From positions 48,858,001-48,922,000 of the forward strand of contig NC_086097.1 of NCBI RefSeq assembly GCF_963921235.1: a stretch of DNA of 64,000 nt, read 5' to 3'. The first letter of the stretch is position 1, and every line of letters starts with the position of its first letter. The position numbers and the translations under genes are program-made. Origin of the DNA: Mobula hypostoma. Lineage: Eukaryota. Below the pieces are notes generated by a model. The model searched no databases and was not told the origin of the DNA. It saw only the letters and a list, made by a program, of their open reading frames with translations. Positions 26,030 through 38,049 of this stretch are shown here, in pieces.

Positions 26030-26238
26030 TGAATGCATGGAATAGGCTGCCAGCAATGGTGGTGGAGACAGATACAGTCGGGTCTTTTAAGAGACTCCTG
26101 GATAGGTACATGGAGCTTAGAAAATAAAGGGCTATGGGTAACCTAAGATAATTTCTAAAGTAAGTACGTGTTTGGCACAGCATTATGGGCCGAAGGGCCT
26201 GTATTGTGCTGTAGATTTTCTATGTTTCTATGTTTCTA
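26030..26238 (+). mobile_element. CR1 3' end
   Basis: GGTGGAGACAGATACA...GGGCCGAAGGGCCTGTATTGTGCTGT followed by a (TTTCTATG)n tail. Confidence 0.85.
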
Positions 26239-26474
26239 AAACGTATACAGAGAACTGAACTGATTTACCGAAGACAATGATTGCAGCTTACCAATTAAAG
26301 GTGGCAGTCCACTAAAGGGTTCTGCTTTGGAAATTGCCATGGCAATCTTTTCTGTTAGTGCACGTGCAATAATCACAGGTTGTCAGTTCACTTCTGGAGG
26401 CTACATAAGACATTTGTTTTGTAAACTGATCAGGCAATCTCAAGAGTTCAAAGTAAATTAATTATCAAATTATG

Positions 26475-26860
26475 TGAGGTGAAGGCCTTCATCGGTTAGA
26501 GTTGACGATGGATATTGTGTCCTAGCACTCCAGATATGCAAGCCTGGGCAGTACGATATGGAAAGCAGGCTGTTGCCCATGTAGCAAGCCCCCCTCTCCA
26601 TGCATCTGATGAACCCAAAGGAACGGCAGAAACCGATACAGTCTGGTACCAGCAGGGTCACAGAAGTTGCCAGTCAGCATTGAACTCAATGTAGGACTGC
26701 CTTAGGGACTCCAGCTCCTGATTTCCGCTCGGTGCTTACTCCTGAAGCCTTCCCCGCGAGTGGGTATATCGCAAGGCAGAGGAGGTTTGAGATCAGAGTT
26801 CTCCTTCTCCCAGGTGAGCTGCCAACCACGGCTGATGAGCCCCATCTGCCCGAATCTGCC
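26475..26860 (-). mobile_element. Short RTE-derived non-autonomous element
   Basis: Minus strand GGCAGCTCACCTGGGAGAAGGAGAACTCTGATCTCAAACCTCC resembles RTE 5' UTRs. The 3' half is homologous to the tail of the SINE at 1834-2149. Confidence 0.55.
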
Positions 26861-28359
26861 CCATCTGTCACCATATACTATCCCGAAATTCATTTTCTTG
26901 CAGGTATTTACAGGAAAATAAAGAAATACAATAGAATTTATGAAAAACTATACATAACAAAAATTGACAGAAATCCAATGTGCAAAAGAGGACAAGTTGT
27001 GCAAGTAATAAAAGAAGTAAATAAATAATATTGAGAACATGAATGAAGAGTCCTTGAAAATGAATCTATATGTTGTAGAGTCAGTTCAGTATGAGGTGAG
27101 TGAAGTTATCCATGTTGGTTTAGGATACTGATGATATTGATACTTGTATAATGGTATCTTATCAAACAATGTAGTATCCATTTCTAGCTCATTAAAAGAA
27201 CAACCCTTTATCGCTGCCTGCAACACAATCAGAATTCTCTTACCTATAGATTCCTGTATATGTAAGGGCATTATTGTTATGAGAAAAACTTCCCGTAGGA
27301 ACACATCTCCACCTAAAATGGGATTTAATGCGAAAAAAGGTTTTGAGTTGAAGAAAGATGTAATACAGATTATGTTCTATGGCTACAACACCTTGTAATT
27401 CAGGAACATGCTGCAAATAAAATACAGGAATCACACTGGGTGCACCTCATATTATTCCACTGCAATGGTATTGGGTTTGCTGACTGCGAAGTTCTGAACT
27501 CAAACGAAGATCTAAAGCCCTATCTTATATAGATAGCTACAGGTACCTTCACTAAAAGGAGGTTATACCACTGCCATCTAGTCTTCAAAGGCTAGATTAC
27601 TTCCCTGTTTTTCCTCCACAGTGAGCTTAGATGCCAATATCCACTATTTGAGCAGTGGATCTCCCCTCCCTACTAAGGAGGAGATATTTCCAGCTAACAA
27701 AGTAGTTTAATCACAGTTCATTTATTTTCAGTGATACATGTATAAATCCAGACAAAATTCCTGAAACACATATAAAACTCAGAGGATTTCTTATAAAAGA
27801 TTTCCAAATTACAAACAATTTCTAAAACACAAAGTATTTTCCAAAACACCGGTACATTTTCAATAAGCTAAAATATGTACCGACGAGTTGCAGATGAACG
27901 AATCGTCCATCACAGAAATAAAAGGCAGAGTAATGGATTCTAGTCATCGCATCTTTCTGTCATTCTTCTTGACCATTCCTACCAAGTCTGACCGCTCTCT
28001 AACATTTATACTGTTTTTTTGCCACTTGGGTATCTTCACACACATATATTTTATTAGATACAAGTGATCTAAAAGCTACTGAAGACAGAGTTTCCAGATA
28101 CTCATAATTAATGCTGAGAAGCTGACTCTCTGAGCACACAAACCTTCCAACTCTCTATATTTTATGTGCTAAGTGATAGTATTAATCTGGTCTGCAGGCT
28201 CCCTTGAACTAAATAACTAGCCAGTGAAGTCTGGTTGGAAACAAGACAATTAATACAACTCAAACAACAGGAATTCTGCAGATGCTGGAAATTCAAGCAA
28301 CATACATCAAAGTTGCTGGTGAACGCAGCAGGCCAAGCAGCAACTATAGGAAGAGGTGC

Positions 28360-28395
28360 AGTCGACGTTTCAGGCCGAGACCCTTCGTCAGGACT
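28360..28395 (-). ncRNA. Minimal type I hammerhead ribozyme (Penelope pLTR)
   Basis: The reverse complement reads AGTC-CTGACGA-AGG-GTCTCGG-CCT-GAAA-C-GTC-GACT. Confidence 0.8.
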
Positions 28396-29274
28396 AACTG
28401 AAGGAAGAGTGAGTAAGGGATTTGAAAGTTGGAGGGGGAGGGGGAGATGCAAAATGATAGGAGAAGACAGGAGGGGGAGGGATAGAGCCGAGAGCTGGAC
28501 AGGTGACAGGCAAAAGGGGATACGAGAGGATCATGGGACAGGAGGTCCGGGAAGAAAGACAAGGGGGGGGGGTTGACCCAGAGGATGGGCAAGAGGTATA
28601 TTCAGAGGGACAGAGGGAGAAAAAGGAGAGTGAGAGAAAGAATGTGTGCATAAAAATGAGTAACAGATGGGGTACGAGGGGGAGGTGGGGCCTTAGCGGA
28701 AGTTAGAGAAGTCGATGTTCATGCCATCAGGTTGGAGGCTACCCAGACTGGGAGACCACTTTGCTGAACATCTACGCTCTGTCCGCCAGAGAAAGCAGGA
28801 TCTCCCAGTGGCCACACATTTTAATTCCACATCCCATTCCCATTCTGACATGTCTGTCCACGGCCTCCTCTACTGTGGAGATGAAGCCACACTCAGGTTG
28901 GAGGAACAACACCTTATATTCTGTCTGGGTAGCCTCCAACCTGATGGCATGAACATCGACTTCTCTAACTTCCGCTAAGGCCCCACCTCCCCCTCGTACC
29001 CCATCTGTTACCCATTTTTATGCACACATTCTTTCTCTCACTCTCCTTTTTCTCCCTCTGTCCCTCTGAATATACCTCTTGCCCATCCTCTGGGTCAACC
29101 CCCCCCCTTGTCTTTCTTCCCGGACCTCCTGTCCCATGATCCTCTCGTATCCCCTTTTGCCTATCACCTGTCCAGCTCTTGGCTCCATCCCTCCCCCTCC
29201 TGTCTTCTCCTATCATTTTGCATCTCCCCCTCCCCCTCCAACTTTCAAATCCCTTACTCATTCTTCCTTCAGTT

Positions 29275-29310
29275 AGTCCTGACGAAGGGTCTCGGCCTGA
29301 AACGTCGACT
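29275..29310 (+). ncRNA. Minimal type I hammerhead ribozyme (Penelope pLTR)
   Basis: Helix I AGTC/GACT, core CTGACGA, helix II AGG/CCT, GAAA, palindromic ACGT in place of helix III, and GUC cleavage triplet at 29304-29306. Confidence 0.8.
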
Positions 29311-29729
29311 GCATCTCTTCCTATAGATGCTGCTTGGCCTGCTGCGTTCACCAGCAACTTTGATGTATGTTAATTAATACAACTCTTTGTCTTACACTGG
29401 AACCAGCCTTATGCTCTATAGACAATGGTGTTTGTTCGGAAAGCTGTACTTTTAACTTCAGACTGATTATCACTTGCCAATTACATTAAGAACTGAATGA
29501 GAAGAAGCTGAACATTTACTCAAAAGCAACTCTTTGATCTCTGCAAGTATCAGCTGCTAGTTGAGTTACAATGAAGAATTGATCCAATTAATGGCATAGT
29601 AAGCCTTGTTGACAATATTTCTCTCAGCTTTAAAGCAACGACACAATTCAGAAAGTTTTAATTGTCAAATGGAAAAGTCAAAATGCCACTCCATCTCCTT
29701 AGATAGATTGAAAAGGACTGAGTACATTA

Positions 29730-29940
29730 TTTATTTATAATTTAAAGATACTGCGCAGAACGGCCCTTTTGGGCCCATTGAGCCGCTCCGCCCATCAACC
29801 CACCTATTTAACCCTAGCTTAACCAGCGGGCAATTTACAATAACAAATTAACCTACCAACCAGTACGTCATCGGACAGTGGAAGAAAACTGGAGCACCCG
29901 GAGGAAACCTACACACTCATACAATCTCCTTGCAGGCAGT
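29730..29940 (-). mobile_element. HE1/V-type SINE fragment
   Basis: GGAAGAAAACTGGAGCACCCGGAGGAAACC is the reverse complement of the V-domain-like GGTTTCCTCCGGGTGCTCCAGTTTTC. (TTTA)n tail. Confidence 0.75.
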
Positions 29941-30097
29941 GTTACCCTGGCACCCCTGTCAATGCTTGATTGTGATAAAAATCTATTCCTTCACTTAAAT
30001 ATTCAATATGCACCTGTTTTGCATTGATGCAGAGAATTGAATGAATTAAAAACCCTCCTGTATCCCAGTTACCTTATTAATATAGATTTAATGCCAG

Positions 30098-30385
30098 AGT
30101 GGGGTAGCGGTTAGCACAACGCTATTACTGCTCGGGGCATTGGAGTTTGGAGTTCAATTCTGACATCATTTGTAAGGATTCTGTACATCCTCCCCTTGGA
30201 TTGGGTGAGATTTCTCCAGATGCTCCAGTTTCCTCCCACAGTCCAAAGGTGTACCAGTTACTAGGTTAATTGGTTATTTTAAATTGTCTCATGGTTAGGC
30301 CAGGGTTTAATTAGGAGGTTGCTAGGTGGCATGGCTTGAAGAGCCGGAAAGGAATATTCTGCACTGAATCTCAATAAATAAGTAA
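30098..30385 (+). mobile_element. HE1/V-type SINE
   Basis: tRNA-like head GTAGCGGTTAGCAC...GAGTTCAATTC, V-domain-like TGCTCCAGTTTCCTCCCACAGTCCAAAG, and an AATAAATAAG tail. Confidence 0.8.
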
Positions 30386-32199
30386 ATCATTTGCACCATG
30401 GAATTAATACCAATCAATTTAGAGAATACATCAAAAAATGTACCACCAAAAATTGATATGTTGTTGCACCCAAGACTAATCAAATAGTGTTAATGTCACA
30501 AGTTAACATACTAAAGAAATGCAGGCAAAGGTTTGTCAAAGCAAGTTGCACAATAGGCACTTTAAATGAATCTACTTGCAACAAGTCTAGACTGTCAAGT
30601 ACCTTCAGATTGGATTTGAATTTATGAAGATTACTTTATTTGGGGTTCTGGTAATCTATGTCACTGCAGTAATTCACATACACTCTAATTTCAAATGCAG
30701 TCAAAGACTGTCGTATTTCAAAATGACACTGTAATCACAGATCCACATTAAAAAGTCATTATTGTTTAGAATCTTGCTAGGTTACGCAAACACTTACTAT
30801 AAAATTCAGCAGCCTTTCTAAATTACCCATAGGTTTTTGCTTGGGAATACAAGACAGAGTGATTTAAATCATTGACTTACTATTTTATTGATTACGTGAG
30901 GATTTTGACTGGAACGCTTAGTGTGCAAACCAAAATGGACTTAACCTGGAGAAGTTAATAAATAATTATGAACTCTCACGTGCCCAAATCTTCAGGATTG
31001 CAATAATTAATATGTGAGAATTTTATAAGAGCATTTTTAAATGTGACCTTTCTTTTCACAGGATGATCATATAAATGTGTACCATTATCATATATCAGAT
31101 GAAATCTAAAGGCTTTTAAAAAACATTCAGCATGTGCTATTTAATTAGTGTACTAAAAAAGGTTTTACCAGAATGTAAAATTGTTGATTTTATAATTGAA
31201 AAGAACAAAAAAAACTTATTGGCTTTAAATAAAGTAATAAAGAACAAACAGAGACAGGCCAGTTTTAAGTTCAAGGTGACCTTGTCTTGCTCTCCCAGAT
31301 ATAAAGCCAGTTAGCATCTAAAATACTGATTGTAACTGCTTGTGCTGATCACTGAAAACAAAGGAACTTTTAACTTAAACTAAGGCATGAAACAAAAGTT
31401 GGTTGATTCATATCATTTATATGTTAATGCAACATTTGTGACCGTGGTTTTGCAAGCTGGAACTACAATTAAGTCCTTCTTTGGAGCATATGCTCATGGT
31501 GAGACAATATTTTTCTTTATCTTTATGTTGATGTTGTGCATTTAATGGAGCATCTTGGGCTTTGGTGTTCCAATAGGCAACAAACACCACCCCCAATCCC
31601 TACCCCCTACCCCCAACCTTGCCATCTATCAGAAAGTCTAAAGTTACTTTACATTTTGAACTTATGGTTACCTTCCAGATGATGCCTGGTGTCAGGATCC
31701 GCAGAAGGGAGGAAAGTATTTTTTTTTAATCTCACTGTTAGTTACCTTTAGAAGACTGTAAACCAGATTTAAAACTAAACAATCACTTAAATTAGGATAA
31801 CAGTCTATGGCAGCCATTTTCCACATCTAGAAGGGGAATCAATGTGCCCCGGTTACTTATGTTTGCGAGGCTCCTCCTGAGTTAGACAGATTTTTCAACC
31901 AACTGGACAATTCTATCAATAAAATTGAAGTAAAACATGCTGGAAATACAAAATATTGGAGAAAAACAGTTAATGTTTCAGGTGAGTTGACAGGTCATCA
32001 ACAGAAGATGTTGGCAACACCCAGCAGGTCAGGCAGCATCTGCGGAAAGAGGAACAAAATTAGTACTCCAGGTTGATCACCCTGTGTCAGAACTTTCGAA
32101 TTTTACGCCACAGATGCTGCCTGACCTGGTGAGTGTTTTCACTGCCTTCCTTGTTTATTGTATGGTTAAAATAAGGGGTAATAAATGAGAAAAGTCGTT

Positions 32200-32435
32200 T
32201 ATTTATTTATTTATTTTGTTTAGCGATACAGTACGGAATAGGCCCTCCGGCCTTTTGAGCCCCTAATCAGGGTCCAGTTTACAATAACCAATTAATCCAT
32301 CCGGTACAGCTTTGTATTGTGGAAGGACACAGAGAAAACTCACGCTTTCCACAGGCAGAACATGAGGAGGCTTCCTACAGAAGACGCTGGGATTGAACTC
32401 TGAGACTCTGAGCTGTATAGTATTGCACTAACCAT
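32200..32435 (-). mobile_element. HE1/V-type SINE, decayed
   Basis: (TTTA)n tail on the left. The head 'gcactaacc' and 'gggattgaactc' are on the right. Confidence 0.65.
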
Positions 32436-33555
32436 GGTGCCCTTCACCTACCCATCCATGGATTTTATATCCAAAGCTAGACATGTCCTCAATACATCAT
32501 TCCAGCTGCTGCAGCTGTATTTGGATTTGAAGATTAAACAAACTGAAGTGCTGAGCCTAATCATTGTGAATCTGGCCCATTGTCTGAAAATGCCACTCAT
32601 CCACAAACCTGTTCCAGATATAAAGAGGTAGACTAGCTGACACTTCTCACATAAATGACATCCCGCAACATGGTGCTGTTTCTATGCTTTCAGTAGGATT
32701 CTGGTATTGCATCCTGAAATCCCACCTCCAGAATACCTCAATAAAGCTGTGATAGGCTTTACAGACTGCCACCATCAAAGGGGCTTTAGAATTATTTTCA
32801 CATGTCAGGTATGCTTAAGAACAGCTCAAACTGATATAAACAATTCTTAATATTAGAGTAAGAAGTACTTCAAAATTAAATTTAAACACCTCTAAATGAT
32901 ATCTTGAAGCATTAAAATAAAGCAAAATGAGTACAGCCTTTGCCTTAACCTGCCTTTTCTTTTCATGGGGTTGACAAATACATCCGAAAAGAATATGGTC
33001 ACAGTTCTTGTGCCAGCAATCCCTGGCTGAAAACTAAGGGGCCTGATTTAGATTTAGATTATGAAGACACGCAGTCCTCTTTTATTGTCATTTAGTAATG
33101 CATGCATTAAGAAATGATACAATATTTCTTTCGGTGTGATATCACAAAACACAGGACAGACCAAGACTGAAAGTGCACCCTACTACTAAGCACGTCAGCA
33201 CTCTGCCACTGTGCTCATTGGCATCAACACCTGACCTGCAATTCAGCTCTGATTTCCAGGTTTATGTGGGGAGCCTGAGATGCACCCAGCTGCGAGCTGC
33301 GGTTGTCTGGGGAACTGCTGCTTGAAAAAAGCTCAATACAGGCCTGTTAGGCAGGTTTAGAGCTTGAAGGCAGTAGAGGTCGACTCAGACCTTTCAAAGG
33401 TCAGTTTCTTTTTTACGACTTGTGTTTTGATGTGTGGGTAGCATCAGGACCAGATCTTTTTTTTTATAGATATCAAATGGATTCAGGTTACTGTTATCTC
33501 CAGACCATGAGAGGAATAGAAGCTGAGGCAAGAGTAAGAATTCATTGGATTTACC

Positions 33556-34109
33556 TGTAATGGCTTCTCTGTAATGGTCACTGCTGAGGTAACAGTTTCT
33601 CTGTAGCAGCAATGTTTGGGTTAAGGCTGGAGATAACAGGGCTGTTAGCCAATCGGGGATTGTTGTTTTGTCTTGTGTATCTGGAAGGCTGTTGTTTTCG
33701 CGGTCTTTTGTCGAGGAGAGATGAAAAGGGAAGACACGTGTGGAGAGAGGTGGTAGACCACCGGACGGAGTGGACAGGGATCTGAGGGTCCAAAGGTTGG
33801 CGATGCTCGGAGGAGACCGATGGTGGAAGAATGACTACTGAGTGAGCTCCAACATGACTTTGACTTGACTTGGGCCCTTTTTCATTTTTTTTTTAAATTT
33901 CTTTTCATTACTATCCCTATATTCAGATTAAGATTCATAAAGTTCAATCATTTAATTGCGTATGGTGTACTGTCTGATATCTTGCGTTGTGGGTTTGTAA
34001 CTGGGGGTACATTACACAGCATCCACACAAACGTGATTACCCAGTTTGGGGGGGGGTCGAAGGCTGTTTCCCCTAGATGAACACGAGCTGGGTGAGTCTA
34101 AGGGTTACT
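33556..34109 (+). mobile_element. Solo LTR related to 16552-17246
   Basis: TGTAA...TTACT termini and TSD TACC (33552-33555, 34110-34113). Shares ACAGCATCCACACAAAC...CCAGTTTGG...AGGCTGTTTCCC with the 16552 LTR. Confidence 0.78.
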
Positions 34110-37100
34110 TACCCATAAATTTACTGCTGCAATGTGCAGTGGAAAAATCAAGCTCCTTATGTCTTAGTAATAAGAATTTGTATTTATTGCCAAGTTCCTG
34201 CTGAAAAATGATATTGAGAACTGTAATATATGTCCATTTTGCAGTTGCTGTACAATTCTGTAAATCACCTCAGGTTAAGTAACTTTAAAATTGTAGGCTG
34301 TATGGATTTTGTTGCAAAAGGCACGAACAGGGAATTATTTTAAACATGATGTATTAAGGATTTAGTATTAAATTTAAAATAAAAAAAATGCAGAATTAAT
34401 TCTGACCATCAAAATACTTTTAGGCAGCGGATTTTGCAACTGATCATGTGATGTTACTTTAAAAGAATCTCACAGGAGACTGCTGCCTATTTTAAAAGGC
34501 TTTTATAGCTTTGTGCAGCCAGTTTTAAACGAAATATAGCAGGTAACACATCATTTCTATCAGTATGGTCTTCTCTACAATAATATGTGGAAATTGATAA
34601 ATCCTTTTCCCTTTTAACCTCATTTGGATTTTTCAAAGGTAAGAACTGGCCTCTCCTCATCTTTTATTTTCACCCTGATTCACATGAAAAGTTACAGAAA
34701 CTGTCTGACTTTTATTTTTGACAGTGTCATTAGCAGAATTCAGATATATTGGCAATAGAAAACTGGTTAGAAATGGCTCCCACCTAGATACTACCTAGAT
34801 CTCACCAGTATCCATTTACTTTGTAGGCTATAACCCCACGTCATTCAATCCCACTTTATTCAGAATGGCTGGTTGATTTAATCTACATGCAGGATACAAA
34901 TAAAGGATTTTTGGTACTCTATACAATTTCTCTCAATATAAATACAAACCAGTGAGCCTGACAACACATTGGTCTAGCTTTTACAGAGGAAAATGGAACC
35001 ATATCTGAACTATACATGGAATTATTTAAAACATCAACCAGCAACATTTGATGAAAAGATATATCCAAGAAATGTTAAGGATCAGGTTTCTGACCAATTT
35101 CCATTACACCCAGGTAGCTTTGTGAAAAAAAATCATTTTGATCTTATGATTTTTATGAAGTTGTTTCCACACTAATTTCCAAATAATTGATATGAAAGCA
35201 AATCGAATAATCAACATTCAGAATGCATTTGTTAATGGTGGGACTATTGATCATGAGAACCCATCAATCTTCCTTGTTCTGAAAATGAAGATTGAAAATA
35301 TGAAGTTGCTGTATAGTTTAGAGGATTTCAAAATGTCAGTTAAATAACTTTACCTTTTTTTGCTTTCTCCTTTTTTCTTGCTGCATCATCCAATGTTCTT
35401 TCTCTCCACTTCCCTCCTGCATTCATTTCATTCACTCTTATTCACTTTCCTCCTCAGCCCTTCCTCTATCCTCCTCAATTTGCTCAAAGGTCACCGGTTA
35501 AAGAGATCAACCTCATTTTGTCTCAACGTGCCTTCACTTTGTTTTTTCAACCTTCTCATATTGATATCATATTACAGCTGTAATCCTTTTTCAGAAGACC
35601 TTTGGCATCATACCTGCAGGGATAGTCCTGATCATGTCAACCACTCTCCATGCGCACTAATTTACTAATACCTGTCTCCATATTTGCTCCAAAATGGATA
35701 GCAAATCAAAGGAGCACACAACTTAATTATTCTTGATAACATCAAATAGAAATAACCCCTTTTCCTCCTTTGCCCAAAGCATTTTTACAAAGTTGTATAA
35801 TTATGTTGGCTAATGTAGTGATTTGATGTGAATTTCTTACATATTTAATTTAGTCAGATAATCAATATCTTTATAAATCTGAAGATATTGCATTCAGCTT
35901 GGATCACCAAAGTGAATGGAGTCTTTGTAGCTGGCATTGTCAATGGAAACCATCTGACTTACGCGGTCTTATTTGTTGTCTATGTCTGTGCCTTTTTTTA
36001 AAATTCCCTTTACTCGGGCTCTTTTAATTTTGTAGAGTTTGTAGCATGGATCAGAAAAGTAAAAATCCAATAACAGGATACTGGATATTATTCAATGACA
36101 AGACAGCAAGTCATTGGTGGGATTCACAGAAGCAGTATAAGTGTACTCTGTGATTAGATTGTTGTGCTTAACTTGTGGGCAATCATCCAGTCATATTTAG
36201 AATATGTAGTAAGAGCATATAGTACGATAGTTATAACAAGTTCAATACATTGATATCAGCTTTTTAGACACAGGTTAAGCCAATATCACAGAACAGAAGC
36301 ACTATTCACAACAATATACTCACTTCTGGCAAGTGCTTTATAAAGAGTTGCTTGCTAAGTCTTCTTCAGAGGTCCTCTCATTAGTGCTTTCCAAGCCTGC
36401 ACATCACAGTATAGAGGTCAAAGCTGAGCTGGAGGGAAGGTGCCTGAATGAACTAAGCATTCTGTATCCAGCCCCTGAGTTTGAAATACAGCACCATTGA
36501 TTTCAATGTGCTGGGAATACTTGATCAAAAAGTAAGCACCTCGTATATTTTTTCTTTAATTAATTTTATCTTTTAATAAATTTCCTGCACTTTCATCTAC
36601 TTTTAAGTAAAATCACTACTTAAGCAGTTTTGGAGCAAAGAGAAGCAGTCTGGTCAAGACTGAGAGAGAAAATCAAGTTAGTTTTGATTAGGAGAGAAGA
36701 TATGGGGAAGTGCTGTGAAGAGCAAAAACAATATCTCTGATAGGGTCTGTCACCAGAAAATTATGTTTCTTTGTCTGTATAAAGGTTTGGAAATAGCCAC
36801 ACAATGGCTCATGCCCAGTAGGCCAGACTTCATGATCACAACAAGTCAACAATGAAGAAAAGCAGAAACTAACTTGCTCTTGAAAGCATCGAACTGTCAA
36901 AGGACCATCAAGGCAACCCAGGACTCACCAACTGTGGCCCAGTACCCCACGAAATCTGCTCTGTCTCACAACCATGACAAATAATGTTTAATATCCAAGG
37001 GCTGCAAATGGTAACTGCAGTCTTGGGGAAAGCACAGAGAATTATCATATAATTTCCAAATACAGGGAATAGAGAGCAAAGGATGATTGTGGGTTTTGGG

Positions 37101-38049
37101 CCTTTGCTATTCATCATGGCTTAACAAATTGAGCCAATGTAGAGCAGAACTATGATGCACTAGATGCATAATAATGCATTGAAAAGAAAGCAAGAAGTGT
37201 CTAAACTCTGGAGGACCAGAGGTTTACCAAATTCATGAAATATTAATTTCAAAATGCAGCTCCCTGTATATTATTGGCTTTGCCATTTCCTATAGAGTTG
37301 AAACAGAAGAATACTTAGAAATCTATACTTCCTTGTCTGAGGCCATGGGGCCACCTGACAGACATTACTATTCAGAATTGTAGAATCAATAGCTCTAATA
37401 AAATCCCCTGGAAGGGTAGCTTTATGTCTGGCAATAAATCAATTTCTAGACACATTTAAAAATATTGTTCAAGATAGGATATGCAGCAGTGGCTCTGTTG
37501 ATTACTTTCATTTTTAAGCCACCTGTTGCCTCAGTAATTGGTGTAAAATTAATAAATGACAATGCATGACATATCCAGAGGAAAACTATTTTGATAGTGT
37601 GCAGAAATACACCATCGAAAGTAGCAAAATGCGCCATCTAAATTGGACCAGACAAGTAAGAAATTTCTCGAAGGAAATCAAATGCTTTGCCAATTGTGAT
37701 TAAGTGATTTGCTCTGCTTAAGTGTCTGAGAGATGTTATCATAGCAAAGTGGGTGTATTATAAATGTAGCAACCAATGAAACTAATTTGCACCAATATTT
37801 TTTTAGCAGGAAATGCTTCTGCTGATATTAAAACCAATTAATGAACAGCCAAAGCTGTTACAAGCAGACAATCAGAGTGAATAGAAAACCAAAGGTAAAT
37901 TGGGGAAAAGAGATGTAGGATAATAAAACTTTGCCAAGTTTGTGAACAGTTTCATCCTTTTAAACCATTTAATGTTATACATTGTCTCATAGTTTTGACT
38001 ACAGTTCAAAAGATTAATTTTATTTAAAGAGCTGTTGCTGAAAATCAGC

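Larger units (their letters stand above)
28262..29371 (+). mobile_element. Penelope-like retroelement, 5'-truncated with inverted pLTR and 14-bp TSD
   Basis: ORF 28715-28978 (RLGDHFAEHLRSVR...PVATHFNS...LRLEEQHLIFCLGSLQPDGMN) is the C-terminal part of a GIY-YIG endonuclease. Inverted arms at 28299-28748 and 28923-29371. TSD AATTAATACAACTC at 28248-28261 and 29372-29385. Confidence 0.92.

Noticed and set aside
26605..26640. CTGATGA...GAAAC resembling a hammerhead core
   Set aside because: No helix II pairing between the boxes and no matching helix I or III. It lies antisense within an RTE-like element.
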